A DNA stretch of 64,000 nt from a virus, in the IMG/VR virus record IMGVR_UViG_3300019776_000564, positions 1 to 64,000 of that record. The stretch is one strand, 5' to 3'. The stretch's first letter is position 1. Every line of letters begins with the position of its first letter. The notes beneath the pieces are model-generated. The model made no database searches. It saw only the letters and a program-made list of their open reading frames with translations, and was not told the DNA's origin. This document shows positions 10,931 to 21,710 of this stretch, in pieces. The position numbers were made by a program, and so were the translations under genes.

Positions 10931-11260
10931 ATGCGGCTTAGCAAATTAGCGTTAGTCCTCGCTGCAAGCATGGCCCTCGCAGGCTGTGATAAAGCAGTCA
11001 TGATCTCCGAGAAACGTATCATTGTTGAAGTGGTTAGCGTTTCGCTTAGCTCCAAGTCAAATAGTCGGGTTACTCTGCGTGAGTTGCCATACGGCTATAT
11101 GTGGGAGGATCAGCGTCTGTCTTGCAGTAACAGTCGCGCTCGCCACGTCGAAGTTGGCAAAAGATGGGAAGTCACTGAGGCCCGCTACGAATACTCCGAA
11201 AGCAAGGGTCAGTTCTCCCGTCTTCTCGGCATCCCTTCAATCTGCGATCAGAGCAACTAA
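10931..11260 (+). CDS. Lipoprotein
   Basis: Signal peptide with lipobox LAGC. Confidence 0.75.
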   Translation: MRLSKLALVLAASMALAGCDKAVMISEKRIIVEVVSVSLSSKSNSRVTLRELPYGYMWEDQRLSCSNSRARHVEVGKRWEVTEARYEYSESKGQFSRLLGIPSICDQSN

Positions 11261-11262
11261 TC

Positions 11263-11754
11263 ATGGCTAGCATCTATCAAGACATCGACGGGTCTGGTAT
11301 CGGTTCCAAAACCTGGGAACAAAAGAAAGACAGCCCGGAGTGGACTCTGAAAGAGTACCGCAATGACAAGATCTGGGTTCGTCTCCACTGGATCGGTAAG
11401 TACGATAAGAGCCTGCCGGCCGAGTATCGTCACAGTCACGGTATCCAGGTTTACAACCGACTCATCGTCAAGAAGACCGAGTGGGAGGAAGAGACTTTCG
11501 AGGACAAAGGCTGGATTATCGACCCCGCTGCAACTCAAACCTTCCGAACCAAGTCTGCTGCCGAGTCTGCCTATGAGGATATGCTGCTTCTCTATACAGA
11601 GTGCAGCATTGACGTTGACGAGGATGGCGAAACTATCTTTGTTGAGGCAGGTAATCAGCTTGCGCCAGTTGTAGCTGGTAGCAGCTTGATTATGGATGAG
11701 GAGCAGATTGCTGCCGCTGCTGAAAAAGGCGTTTCGGTTGGCGGCTGGTCTTGA
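11263..11754 (+). CDS. Hypothetical protein ending VGGWS (tail-motif family)
   Basis: ORF and C-terminal motif. Confidence 0.8.
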   Translation: MASIYQDIDGSGIGSKTWEQKKDSPEWTLKEYRNDKIWVRLHWIGKYDKSLPAEYRHSHGIQVYNRLIVKKTEWEEETFEDKGWIIDPAATQTFRTKSAAESAYEDMLLLYTECSIDVDEDGETIFVEAGNQLAPVVAGSSLIMDEEQIAAAAEKGVSVGGWS

Positions 11755-12344
11755 GTCATTACTTTGAACTGGAAGATGCGCCGGACTATCTGGCGCATTT
11801 CCCTGTGCTGCGCGGTAAAGCACAGTTAGGTCGTGGCGAATACTCTGTTGTATTTGAGGGTTGCTGCCCTAAAACCGTACTAAAGCTAACTGTGGATGAA
11901 ACTACGGTTAACTTCCTGCTTAACAGTCGAATCTTAGGCTGTGAGGGTCTTGTGGAGTTCGTTGAGTATCACGGCTCTATGAAATCCCCAGAGCATGAGA
12001 ATGGAGTACACCTCGTTGAGCTAAAAAGGCTTTACCCAATAGAGCCTGATGCTCACAGATCCCTCTACTGGGAAAGAGAGTCGGTCATTGCGGCGATCCG
12101 TCATCGGATAATTGAGAGTGATCGGTTCGAGGGAATCATCCCGGCTCAAGAGCGTTATGCAGGCGCAATTTACGAGCTTGCGTCCTCTAACCTTTTCAGC
12201 CAGTCAATATCAAAAGCGCTTCACTGTATCAGCCAGTTCATGAAAGCCAGCAGCTTGGATCTTCTTCATGATCTGTGTAACCCCGCAAACTATATGACCG
12301 ATGGTTCTCGGCTCATAATCACCGACCCCCTAGTCACTGTATAG
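11751..12344 (+). CDS. Protein-kinase-like fold protein
   Basis: LGRGEYSVV Gly-loop, VLK, HDL.NPANYM, IITDP. Confidence 0.65.
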   Translation: MSHYFELEDAPDYLAHFPVLRGKAQLGRGEYSVVFEGCCPKTVLKLTVDETTVNFLLNSRILGCEGLVEFVEYHGSMKSPEHENGVHLVELKRLYPIEPDAHRSLYWERESVIAAIRHRIIESDRFEGIIPAQERYAGAIYELASSNLFSQSISKALHCISQFMKASSLDLLHDLCNPANYMTDGSRLIITDPLVTV

Positions 12345-12493
12345 GTTGACTAGAGGCTCCCGCATCAAAGCCACACTCTGCCTTGTTGCGCTCTGTATCA
12401 TGAGCGCAACAGCTAAAACGCTAAGTAGCTGATTCGATTAGCTTTATATTTAGCGGTACTCACTCAAATATCAAAATCAAATAGGTGATTCGC

Positions 12494-13354
12494 ATGGCAG
12501 GCAAAAGCGCACTTCAGCAAGTAGAACAAGAACTTCCTATTGGTGAAACAGGCGTAGAAGAGATCGTAATCGGCGCTACAAGCGATACCGGCCTCGATGC
12601 TCTGGATGCGCTTGACGCAATGTTCGATCAACTTGGCGAAGGTGTTTCTACCGAAAGCATCGTTGTGAGCGGCCTGCCTTCTGTAACGGAAGCTGCAACC
12701 GAAAAGCAGATGATCGAAGCAGGTCATGCTGTGAACACCGAAGAGCTTAAGAAGATGGCTCTCGAAGAACTGGACGAGCAATCGCAGCCGGCACCTGACA
12801 ACGTTCAAGCGCCAGCTCCAGTAGCAAAGCGTCAAGCTCCAGTTACCAAGCGCATCAGCACCGTCGGTATGGCAAAGTCTGAAGCTCTGGCTGTTGCACT
12901 TGGTGACAAGCTTGATGACCTTCTGACCATCGACACCAAAGACCTGGCGATGAGCGATGAACAGCGCTTTGATAAGCGCGTTGCCTTGCTTGAGCAGATC
13001 GACAAGATGCCTAAGAAGATCGGCGAGAAAGCGACCAACCTTTTTGCGCACGTCTCCAAAGGCGCAGCGTTGTCCAACTACACCCGGATCGCAATCAACT
13101 TTCTGGTTCAGAACGACGAAATGTCCAGCAAGCAGTTGAAAGACGCCTATCTGAGCCGGCCTTATAGTGAGGGTACTTCCTCCAGCCAATGCACTCAGTT
13201 GATGCACCTTCTGCCTGCACTCGGTATCGCAATCAAAAGTGGCGGTCGACTGATCCCCAACCCAACCTCTACTCTGCTGCCTCTACTGACAGCGCTGAAT
13301 CAACCCGGCCCAACCACCGGCCCGGTAGAGACTGAAGAAGACTCGGCTGAGTAA
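12494..13354 (+). CDS. Hypothetical protein with acidic N-terminus
   Basis: Long ORF with promoter motif 12371-12401; terminator-like hairpin at 13373-13393. Confidence 0.8.
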   Translation: MAGKSALQQVEQELPIGETGVEEIVIGATSDTGLDALDALDAMFDQLGEGVSTESIVVSGLPSVTEAATEKQMIEAGHAVNTEELKKMALEELDEQSQPAPDNVQAPAPVAKRQAPVTKRISTVGMAKSEALAVALGDKLDDLLTIDTKDLAMSDEQRFDKRVALLEQIDKMPKKIGEKATNLFAHVSKGAALSNYTRIAINFLVQNDEMSSKQLKDAYLSRPYSEGTSSSQCTQLMHLLPALGIAIKSGGRLIPNPTSTLLPLLTALNQPGPTTGPVETEEDSAE

Positions 13355-13406
13355 TTCGGTTTCCCCACCTTGCCCGCTTAGGCGGGCTTTTTTATGGAGA
13401 GTAGAA

Positions 13407-13616
13407 ATGAGCAGTCTTCCTGATTGTGACCGTGATGTATACGAGCGCGGCGAAGTTGTCGGCGTATACAATATGCCCAAAGAAGAGGCTGAAGCTCTTC
13501 GTCATAGGCTCACCAAAGAAACTGGCAACTTGCATGACTGGCACTACTCTGGCGGTCGCGTTGTTATGAAGGTTCTGCTAGAGCCTAAAGAGAGAAAAGA
13601 GGGTATCTGGGCATGA
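13407..13616 (+). CDS. Small protein ending EGIWA (tail-motif family)
   Basis: GGAG RBS; ORF. Confidence 0.7.
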   Translation: MSSLPDCDRDVYERGEVVGVYNMPKEEAEALRHRLTKETGNLHDWHYSGGRVVMKVLLEPKERKEGIWA

Positions 13617-13724
13617 GCAAGGTTATGAAGTGCTTAGGATTTTGCATGATGATTGTAGGCAGCCTGGCTCTCGTTTACTGCATGGTTAACTTGATTCTTT
13701 TGGCTCAGAGTACAGGTAACTGAA

Positions 13725-14279
13725 ATGACAAACCCTTTTCATCCGTACCCGGAGCCAAAGCTGACCATTGAATTGGTTCCATCCAGTCAATGGGGTGACA
13801 ACCTTCGCAGTCATCTGAAGCCTTTGCAGTGGGATCTTCTTCGTCAAGCCTGCTATGTTCGTGCTGATAACCGCTGCGAAGTATGCGGCGGTCGTGGGCA
13901 CAAGCACCCGGTCGAGTGTCATGAAATCTGGGAGTACAACGACAGTGCCCGGATTCAGAAGCTGCTTGGATTGGTTTCGCTGTGTCCAAGCTGTCACAAG
14001 GTGAAGCATATCGGCTTTGCTTTGACACAGGGTCAGGACTCTTTCATGAGATCGCTAGGTCAGTTGGCTACTGTGAATAAGTGGCCTATGGAGTTGGCTA
14101 TTGAGTATGTCGATCGCCAGTTTCAGATTCACAAGATCAGAAGCCAGTGGAAATGGCAGATTGATCTTAGCTGGCTGAACGATGTTGAGCAGTACATCGA
14201 AGAGTCTGAAACCAAACAGCGGGAAGCTCGCTCAGAGCGCGCACAAGACGTTTTATTGAACATGACACGCAAGCGCTAG
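13725..14279 (+). CDS. HNH endonuclease-like protein
   Basis: CEVCG..ECHEIW..LCPSCHKVKH. Confidence 0.8.
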   Translation: MTNPFHPYPEPKLTIELVPSSQWGDNLRSHLKPLQWDLLRQACYVRADNRCEVCGGRGHKHPVECHEIWEYNDSARIQKLLGLVSLCPSCHKVKHIGFALTQGQDSFMRSLGQLATVNKWPMELAIEYVDRQFQIHKIRSQWKWQIDLSWLNDVEQYIEESETKQREARSERAQDVLLNMTRKR

Positions 14280-14397
14280 AGTCTGTCGATAGCGCAGCTT
14301 ATACGAGCTTGTAGGCATGGCTTAAGTCACAGACTGCCGGGATAAGCCTATAAGCTGCGCGTAGAATCTAAGCATGTAGATCTATAGGAGTTCCAGA

Positions 14398-14679
14398 ATG
14401 TCCAGAGGAAGAAAGAGCGAAGCTATTCAGGCTCTCGCGGATAAAAGAAAGAGTGACCTGTGCAAGGTCATGAACTCGTTTAGCCGCACCTGCTCCAAAT
14501 GCAAAACGGCCGGAAGCAAGCGAAGGCTGTTTGACCTTGAAGATGGCCTGCTGTGCTTGTTCTGTCTTCCTGAAGGCGTAAATGGCGTCATCGCTTCGGA
14601 GCTTGAAAGGGAAAATAAAGAGCGGCTTGAGTTGGAGAAAAACAAGCCGAAGCCAGAGAGCTATGGTGAATGGTCATGA
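14398..14679 (+). CDS. Zn-ribbon protein ending PESYGEWS
   Basis: CSKC..CLFC; tail motif. Confidence 0.75.
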   Translation: MSRGRKSEAIQALADKRKSDLCKVMNSFSRTCSKCKTAGSKRRLFDLEDGLLCLFCLPEGVNGVIASELERENKERLELEKNKPKPESYGEWS

Positions 14680-14900
14680 ATAACAATGCGGAGTATTGGG
14701 AAGAAGAGGCCGTTTCGCAAAAAGAGGATATGAAGAAAAAGATCGACCTCTTTATCCAGATGGCGAAACAAAGTAACCAAGTCGGAGTTGAGCGAACCAG
14801 AAAATTGGTTTCGGAATCTGAAAAGAAAAGGCTTGAAATGGATGTTGAAGAGTTGCTGGCAGAAGAGCAACGATCAACCGTCATGGGTACATGGGCGTGA
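14676..14900 (+). CDS. Small protein ending MGTWA
   Basis: ATGA coupling; tail motif. Confidence 0.7.
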   Translation: MNNNAEYWEEEAVSQKEDMKKKIDLFIQMAKQSNQVGVERTRKLVSESEKKRLEMDVEELLAEEQRSTVMGTWA

Positions 14901-15286
14901 GATACGAAATCACTAATATGGCGGATGACAGTCTTTATCAATACTTAAAAGGGGACGATAACAGCAAGAAAGAAATGTATGAAGCGATAGTCGCCATGAT
15001 TAAGGCTGAAGAGGAGATTGCAAAAGCAAAAGCGCTTAAAGAAAAGCTGGAAGAGGAAACGGAGGCTGAAAACACCGCATGGTCTAACGTTATGATCGAG
15101 GCGATTGATAGCGGGGTGGTCGACGCAAGCGAAATCACCGAAGAGATATTCAAGATGCGCCGTAATGGTATGTCTATAGGCGCAGCGAGAAGAATGGTTA
15201 AGTCAATTATCAGCCATGAAAGAAGCAAGTTAGCGGAGCTTAAAAAGCTAGAGCCAAAACCTGAAGGCTACGGTTTGTGGTCTTAG
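14897..15286 (+). CDS. Protein ending PEGYGLWS
   Basis: GTGA coupling; tail motif. Confidence 0.75.
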   Translation: MRYEITNMADDSLYQYLKGDDNSKKEMYEAIVAMIKAEEEIAKAKALKEKLEEETEAENTAWSNVMIEAIDSGVVDASEITEEIFKMRRNGMSIGAARRMVKSIISHERSKLAELKKLEPKPEGYGLWS

Positions 15287-15373
15287 TCTAGGCTAAATTC
15301 TGGCGCCCAAATAAAACCTCAACGCGCTCTGTAAAATCAGAGTGCAAACAACAACTTAGTGAGAGTCCAAGCA

Positions 15374-16042
15374 ATGAAAGTTATCGGCAACGCAAAAGGC
15401 AAAGCACCTAAAGGCTGGTGCTTGATGAAGAACGCAAAAACTGGCTTCTTCTATGTCGGCTATGACGGCGACTGGCCTATTCATGGCGGCTACGAAGAAG
15501 TTCTTCACAAGGTAAAGGTCTTCAAAGATGAGCTGGCTGCTCAAGGCGATCGTCCAGTAGTTCTGCCTGAAGTTCCCTGCCCTGGCTATCTGGACTTTCG
15601 GATCGACCGCAAGACCCTGCCTCAAGAAACGCAAGATGCTTACAGCGCATACGAGGCGTACAGTAACTCGGTCTATCTCGCTGACCAGTGGGACAAGTTG
15701 GAAGAAAAGACTCACGTCGTGCCTTTCGACCACATGCCGCTGTTTGAAGCAGAGCTTCGTTTTGTTGGCTACACACGAGGCCGTAGCTCAGTAACCATGA
15801 AGTTTGAAGCAGAAAACGGCCAGATCATTGAGTTCGGCCCATCCGGCATCGACGGTCTGATTCAGGGCATTATCGATGGCAAGTGCGAAACCTGTGAACT
15901 GACAGGTAAGTACGAAGAGGAGACCTGGGATGAGATTAAACAGGAATATATCTGCACCATGATCCCGCGTGGTAAAGGCATCAAGGCCCGCTTCAAGTTC
16001 GCGAAGAAGGGTCAAAACACCTACGCTGAACTGTCGGAGTAG
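15374..16042 (+). CDS. Hypothetical protein
   Basis: GAGAG RBS; promoter motif 15307-15337. Confidence 0.8.
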   Translation: MKVIGNAKGKAPKGWCLMKNAKTGFFYVGYDGDWPIHGGYEEVLHKVKVFKDELAAQGDRPVVLPEVPCPGYLDFRIDRKTLPQETQDAYSAYEAYSNSVYLADQWDKLEEKTHVVPFDHMPLFEAELRFVGYTRGRSSVTMKFEAENGQIIEFGPSGIDGLIQGIIDGKCETCELTGKYEEETWDEIKQEYICTMIPRGKGIKARFKFAKKGQNTYAELSE

Positions 16043-16047
16043 TAGCC

Positions 16048-18197
16048 ATGACTCTCGTCATTGTTGGCTGGGTAGCAATCCTGCTTATCACTGCATACCT
16101 GCTTTTCTCCAGCTTCGCAATTTTCGTTGGTGGGCTTGGTCTGACAGGCAAAGTTCCGGGTGAGTTCTACTTCTTTGTGGTTCTAACAGGGCTTATGGTT
16201 TGGCTCTGCTATCACACTTGGCCCTTTGAAGTAGCTATTAAGGCCACGCAATGATTTGGCTGAAGCGGCTTTTCAACTTGCCAGCCCTTGTGTGCCTCCA
16301 CGTCCAGCACTCAAAGCAGTATATTCGTGTTCAGAAAGCGCAGAGCGACTTACATTGGGCTTGCGATCAGTGTGAAGACCCTAACAGCATGGCTGTTAGA
16401 AGCTTCACCCGCAGTCTGGAGCTTGAGCTTGAACGGATGACTGAAATTGACGAAAGGATCTATAAGCTATGGTCGAAGGGTCGAGGTTTGAAGATCGACT
16501 AACCGACATTGCCCGGGCAGAGTTTTGTGCTCTGCTCAAGGCAAGGGTTTGGCAGTTGGAAGTTGAAATCGCAGAGCAGTTGGAAATCGAAGAAGCTTTG
16601 ATGGTCGAGTTCCAAGTCGAGAATCGCAAAATTATGGGAGGTTGGGCATGAAAGGTTTTTTGAAGCGTAAAGTTGGCAAGCTGTTTGGTTTCTCGAAAGA
16701 GATCGAGCGTCTGGAAATGGCTTTGGTTGCTGTAAGCGTTGCTACTCAGGCAAACACTCGTCAGGCCGCAATTCAGCAGCGTCTGTCGGAAGACAGCCCC
16801 TGGTTCTGCGCAGCAGTTGCCGATGTTCATCATGCAGTTAACCGTGAGATCGCTCTCCGTGAAGAACTTCAGGCTGCTAACGAACGTTTCAGCTTTTCGA
16901 TCAGTGCCCGTGACAACCTCCGCGAAGCACTGCGACGCAAGTCCGGCGAGTGTGAGGATCTGAAAATCAAGATCATTGAGCTTGAATCCTTAGGCTCTAA
17001 ACTCACCCTCATCGACCCTCTGTCAACCAAGAACTGCATCAAGTGCGGTAGCGAAATGATCCCTCTTCGCAGCGAGGACAAAAAGCTGTGCAGTAACGGC
17101 GCTTGTGGTCATGAGATCGAATGGCTTCTCGAAGAGGGTCAGGAGTACATGCACAAGCGCAACGTGGAACCGTTCGTGGAAGATCGCTCCAACGTATCTC
17201 TTCGCCGTGAAATCGAAGAAGAGTGATCCCATGAACAGGATCATGAAATTGATCTCTGAAGACGTAGACGGCGCAGTTATTGTTGCCGTCGTTTCTCTCG
17301 TAGCGGTGCTCATAGCAATAGTTGCTTTGGGCTATTTGAAGTAGGGGGTAAGCGTGGCGATCCATATCAAGACAGATATGCTTGCAACGGTTGTAAATCA
17401 GCAGACTAACCCGGATATGTTTGCAGGTTCGGGTGACGGTGGCATGCACCTCAAGGCTATGCGCAGTCTGGTTGGCGGCGACATTCAGATTATCAGTCTG
17501 AAAAAGCCTCTGATCATGGATGGTGTTACTTACACCTGCATGGGTATGAACGAGGAAGGCAAGTTCAGCGGCCTCAAGATCAACATGGTTGCAACCAAGA
17601 TCGCCAAAGAGCATACGTCGATTGCACATGACGATGTGATCGTTGGTGATGCGGTTCTTTTTGAAGCAAGTGAGGTGCTGTGATGGCTCGTCTCATCACC
17701 GAAGAACAGTTGGCGGAAATCATCAACGATCTTCGCAGCCAACCCGGCTGTGTCTCCAGCGAAAGCTATAACTTTGGTTCAGACCATGCTTCTGAGCTAA
17801 TCATCAACAAGCTCAAAACTCTGCCGAAATACGAGGAGGTAAAAGAATGAGCCAGTACAGCACCGTAACTCACGTTTCGCCGCACAAACTCGGCTGGTTC
17901 CGCAAATTTGCAAATATGCTGACTGGCTGCCGCTTCCACTACCAGATCGATCTGGTCTATTACTACGAGCAGGATGAAGATGGCTGCTTCGTAGACAACA
18001 AGTTCTACAGCCACACCACCCAAATCAGCGTTATCGACCCGAAAGCCCTCGACTACGATCAACGCCGGACCCTCCATAAGATGCTGTTCCCGAAATTCAT
18101 CAAACGCATCAAGGGCTACGGCGGTGGTAATACGCTCAAGGGCGGCAAGACCAATAGTATCCGCATCGAGAACATCCAGTATCTGGGTTACTACTGA
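16048..18197 (+). CDS. Run of small ORFs (16048-16254 membrane, 16251-16502, 16469-16651 ending MGGWA, 16648-17226 Zn-ribbon, 17231-17344, 17354-17683 DUF3846-like, 17683-17850, 17847-18197)
   Basis: Coupled starts/stops; NEEGK..N..AT..IVGDAVL in 17354-17683. Confidence 0.7.
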
Positions 18198-18209
18198 TCG
18201 GAGATCAAA

Positions 18210-18476
18210 ATGGCTTCAATGATCCGAGTCAAATGTGAATACTGCGGCAACGGCATTGAAGTTCGTGAGGCTGATCGAAAGCGTGGCTGGGGAAGGTTCT
18301 GCAACAAGTCGTGCAAAGCCGCTCACCAGTCATTCGGGCCAAAGTACCCAGCCACGCCCAAGCCCAAATCTACAAAGCCGACGCCCAAGAACATGAAGAA
18401 GGGCGGCGTGATACCTCCACCGCGTGAATCAATGAAAAGCACGCCAAAGCCAGAGAACTACGGAGGATGGTCATGA
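18210..18476 (+). CDS. Zn-finger protein ending PENYGGWS
   Basis: CEYC..RGWGRFCNKSC; tail motif. Confidence 0.75.
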   Translation: MASMIRVKCEYCGNGIEVREADRKRGWGRFCNKSCKAAHQSFGPKYPATPKPKSTKPTPKNMKKGGVIPPPRESMKSTPKPENYGGWS

Positions 18477-18784
18477 TCAGCATCGGCATTCTTGAAAGAC
18501 ACGACGTGATTCGCGCCGACGACTATGTTCGCTGTACGAGCATTCAGTTATTTGGTCAGAGCGACACCGTTATGACCCGGGCGACATACGGCGGCGCCCC
18601 GCTCAACTATTTCCGCTGGCTGACTGTCGAGCAGTCGATGATGTTCCACTTCATCGGCAAAACCGTTGGCTACGTCAACAAGACAATGAGCAAGATGACC
18701 GGCAACGAAGAGCCTCACTACGAGTTTGCACGCGGTCAGATCCCTGATGCTCACAAAATGACCCTTAGAAAGGAAGGCTGGTAA
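18473..18784 (+). CDS. Hypothetical protein
   Basis: GGAGG RBS; ATGA coupling. Confidence 0.7.
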   Translation: MISIGILERHDVIRADDYVRCTSIQLFGQSDTVMTRATYGGAPLNYFRWLTVEQSMMFHFIGKTVGYVNKTMSKMTGNEEPHYEFARGQIPDAHKMTLRKEGW

Positions 18785-18803
18785 TGGACAAGGGGCAATT
18801 GAA

Positions 18804-19235
18804 ATGGCTGTGAAGTCGGTCGAAGCCAAAATTGACCAGCGAAGCATCATGCCTGCGCCTACAAAGTGCCGGTTTTGCAAATCTAAGGTCGAGTATGTAA
18901 GCCATGCAAAGATCTATGGAGGAAGAACCTTCAGCGATTGGCCTTATATCTACCTCTGCACTAATTCTGAATGCGGCGCTTCTGTAGGTGTTCATGCTGG
19001 CACAGAACATCCACTTGGCACGCTTGCAGACCAGACTACAAAGAACGCCCGTAAGGCTGCACACGCTGCCTTTGATCCTATCTGGAAGTCCGGTCAGATG
19101 AAGCGCTCTGAAGCCTATAAATGGCTTGCAGATCATCTGGATATCGAACGTTGGCGCTGTCACATCAGTTGGTTTGATACAGAGGTTTGCAACAAGGTTG
19201 TAAAGATCTGCATGAGCAGAAAACCCTCCAACTAA
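18804..19235 (+). CDS. Zinc-finger protein (DUF3268-like)
   Basis: CRFC, IYG, VGVH.GT..PLGTLAD, AHAAFDPIW, AYKWLA, CHISWF. Confidence 0.8.
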   Translation: MAVKSVEAKIDQRSIMPAPTKCRFCKSKVEYVSHAKIYGGRTFSDWPYIYLCTNSECGASVGVHAGTEHPLGTLADQTTKNARKAAHAAFDPIWKSGQMKRSEAYKWLADHLDIERWRCHISWFDTEVCNKVVKICMSRKPSN

Positions 19236-19336
19236 TAAGTTTGGCTGTCAAATGGCAGCCAAACTTACCTATCTCAAAAGCTCGTAGAATCAACGCTCAA
19301 ATCAATGACTTACGTTAGCGCGTAACTTGAGCGAGG

Positions 19337-19882
19337 ATGTCTCAGATGAGCTTACAGAAGCTCCCCAGTCAATCTAACGTGCTCTTTTCAGAAGAGTTTA
19401 AGCTGATTCGCAAGCACTACGGCAATCGTGTAGCGAAGCGCAGCCAGTTACCGCTGATCAATCATATCCTCGAAGGCTTGGATATGATGGATCGTATGAG
19501 TGCAAGCCAAGAAGCAAAGAAAGCTTTCTGCCTGCATCCTCTCATTCAAGACGACAGAGCGCTTGAGAAGAACTGGGAGAAGACTGTCAACAACCCGAAC
19601 GTATGCCGGGAGTCTCTCAGCCTGGCTATGAAGTATAGTTCTGCCGCAAACGCCTATATGTGCTGGCCTAGCACCGATAACTTCACTCTTCTTGATCTCA
19701 AGGTAAAAGTTGGCCCGTTGAATCAAGACCTGATTCACATGCTGGTCGCAGACAAAATCCAGAACGAAAAGGATTTTGAGATCCACCACAAGAAGACTCA
19801 TCACCGTAGTAAGCAGTTGGCTCGATACTACGATCTGTGGCTTCAGTACCTCGATATTTGCGAGGCTGAGTTGCCAAAATGA
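19337..19882 (+). CDS. HD-fold-like hypothetical protein
   Basis: RSQLPLINH, LHP, VADKIQN resemble an HD hydrolase pattern without a canonical HD. Confidence 0.45.
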   Translation: MSQMSLQKLPSQSNVLFSEEFKLIRKHYGNRVAKRSQLPLINHILEGLDMMDRMSASQEAKKAFCLHPLIQDDRALEKNWEKTVNNPNVCRESLSLAMKYSSAANAYMCWPSTDNFTLLDLKVKVGPLNQDLIHMLVADKIQNEKDFEIHHKKTHHRSKQLARYYDLWLQYLDICEAELPK

Positions 19883-20343
19883 AGCGATACATCTGTCGTG
19901 CTTGCGGTAAATTTGCCAACCCACCTAAAGGCTCAAGCGACGTTGAGTGCCCTCACTGCGGTGCTATCACCGGCAACCCAGAAATTCGCACCGAATCGGT
20001 GATGCCAGCCGCAAATGTTGAGCGTATTGGCAAAGATGAAGTTGCCAAAATGAAGTATCCAAATGGCCGGCGCTATCCTAAGAATGACGGAAGTAAAAGC
20101 TATCTGACTGTACTTTGGAACAAACCTGCCCATGAGGAGGTTGATCTTCAGTATTACTGGCGCATGAGCAACGACCACTTCAACTCACCTAACCGTCCGG
20201 TGATGAAGCCGGATATTAACCTTCTGATGCACCATTTTCAGTCGCTGAAAGGCTATTCGGGAAGAACCCTTGTCGAAGAGCTTGTTCATCGCGGCTATGA
20301 CATCAGTACCCTGAAATTCACCATCGAGAAATTAAAACCATGA
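19879..20343 (+). CDS. Zn-ribbon protein
   Basis: CRAC..CPHC. Confidence 0.7.
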   Translation: MKRYICRACGKFANPPKGSSDVECPHCGAITGNPEIRTESVMPAANVERIGKDEVAKMKYPNGRRYPKNDGSKSYLTVLWNKPAHEEVDLQYYWRMSNDHFNSPNRPVMKPDINLLMHHFQSLKGYSGRTLVEELVHRGYDISTLKFTIEKLKP

Positions 20344-21710
20344 CAACGGCATACCGTGTGTTTCTGTACAGCAGCGATGTCGGTCGGCTGACGTTTGAGA
20401 GCGACTTCGCCACCGAAGAAGAAGCAAACGCCAGTGTCCAGCGGTGGATAGGCGACCGTGACTGGGGTGAAGAGTTGGAACGTGGCATGTTCCAGATTCA
20501 GGTTCGCAATAACAGCCATCTGAAAGGCTATTACGGCGCCTATGCTCACGCCTATCCGATCATCGAAAAGCCAAAGCATAAGAAAGGCGATAGTCTTGAA
20601 GTCTTCAACGAGAAGAACAAAAAGTTCCAAACGGAACTTCAGGTTAAATCTCGTCCGATTCTGAGTCATGTGCCGTACCCAACCCGAGAATGCGCTGAGT
20701 TGGCTATTGACCGCGCTGTCGCTGAGTTGGCTCAAGATCTGGATATTCGGCTTTACAGTCGCATTCAGCGCGAGCAACGAGCGGCCGGCATTCATGAGCG
20801 GTTTATCACTGATCTCACGCCGTTCGGCTTCAAAGTCTATCGTGGGGAGAGTGGCACCAAGTTCTCCTACGACGAGAGCGTGACAGTAGAAGATCTGAAG
20901 AATATGGTCTTCCCGGAGCCACGTACCGTTCTGTCGAAGAAACTGCCTTTCAGTGTGCTATCCGGTGCGCTGCGAGTAACTGACCCGTGCTACAGCATGG
21001 ATACATGGTGTGCCGGCACTACTCGCAACGTCATGAACGGCAAGTGGTTCGCACAAGTTGGTCAACATACCGAAGCTGTAGATGGCTTTACCAAAGAGCG
21101 CTTCGATAAAGAAATAGCCGAGCTTGAGAACCCAGAAGAGTTGTCTCGGGTTAAAGAACTGCGGGAAGCTATCAAGAACCTCAGCGGCCTTGAGCTTGAA
21201 GAGACTGAGAAGAGTCTTAATAACCTGCTGAACTTCCACAAGAGCCACATGCTGCGCGAGTTCGGCCGTTGCTGGGGTAATCCCGACGATTGGAATGGTC
21301 GAGTGTCCTTTCTGCACATCCGGCATGAGTCTGTAGTCGAAGAGGCTATCAACCCATCAACCTTTGTTAAGAACGAAGAGATTCATGTCGGCGTTGACAG
21401 CGGTCAGGCCGGGTTCTTTGACCTTGAAGCCTTCGAGAAGGTTGCGACTCACAAAGACCACAAGAACAGTTCTCAGCATGAAGCCTTCTATGAGGCTTGT
21501 GGTGATAAAACTCTGGGTTCTGAAATGTGGGGTGCGGTCAACAGCATGGGTTGCGTTAGCAGCAGCGGCTATGGTGATGGCGGCTACTCACTGTACGAGC
21601 GTCGTAACGAAGCTGGTGAGCTTATCGAGGCTCGCATCGTGTACATGCTTGAAGGTAGCGAAGCATTCTCGGGTGTTAGCGACGAAGACGAAGAAGGTGA
21701 AGAAGAATGA
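20340..21710 (+). CDS. Large protein with DUF4241-like C-terminal domain
   Basis: LRVTDPCY, GVDSGQAGFFD, SSGYGDGGY. Confidence 0.65.
   Translation: MTTAYRVFLYSSDVGRLTFESDFATEEEANASVQRWIGDRDWGEELERGMFQIQVRNNSHLKGYYGAYAHAYPIIEKPKHKKGDSLEVFNEKNKKFQTELQVKSRPILSHVPYPTRECAELAIDRAVAELAQDLDIRLYSRIQREQRAAGIHERFITDLTPFGFKVYRGESGTKFSYDESVTVEDLKNMVFPEPRTVLSKKLPFSVLSGALRVTDPCYSMDTWCAGTTRNVMNGKWFAQVGQHTEAVDGFTKERFDKEIAELENPEELSRVKELREAIKNLSGLELEETEKSLNNLLNFHKSHMLREFGRCWGNPDDWNGRVSFLHIRHESVVEEAINPSTFVKNEEIHVGVDSGQAGFFDLEAFEKVATHKDHKNSSQHEAFYEACGDKTLGSEMWGAVNSMGCVSSSGYGDGGYSLYERRNEAGELIEARIVYMLEGSEAFSGVSDEDEEGEEE

Noticed and set aside
2031-18784. Proteins ending in W (IPEW, DINW, GLEW, KEGW) as tail-motif members
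   Set aside because: Trp is terminal rather than penultimate, so they do not fit the motif.
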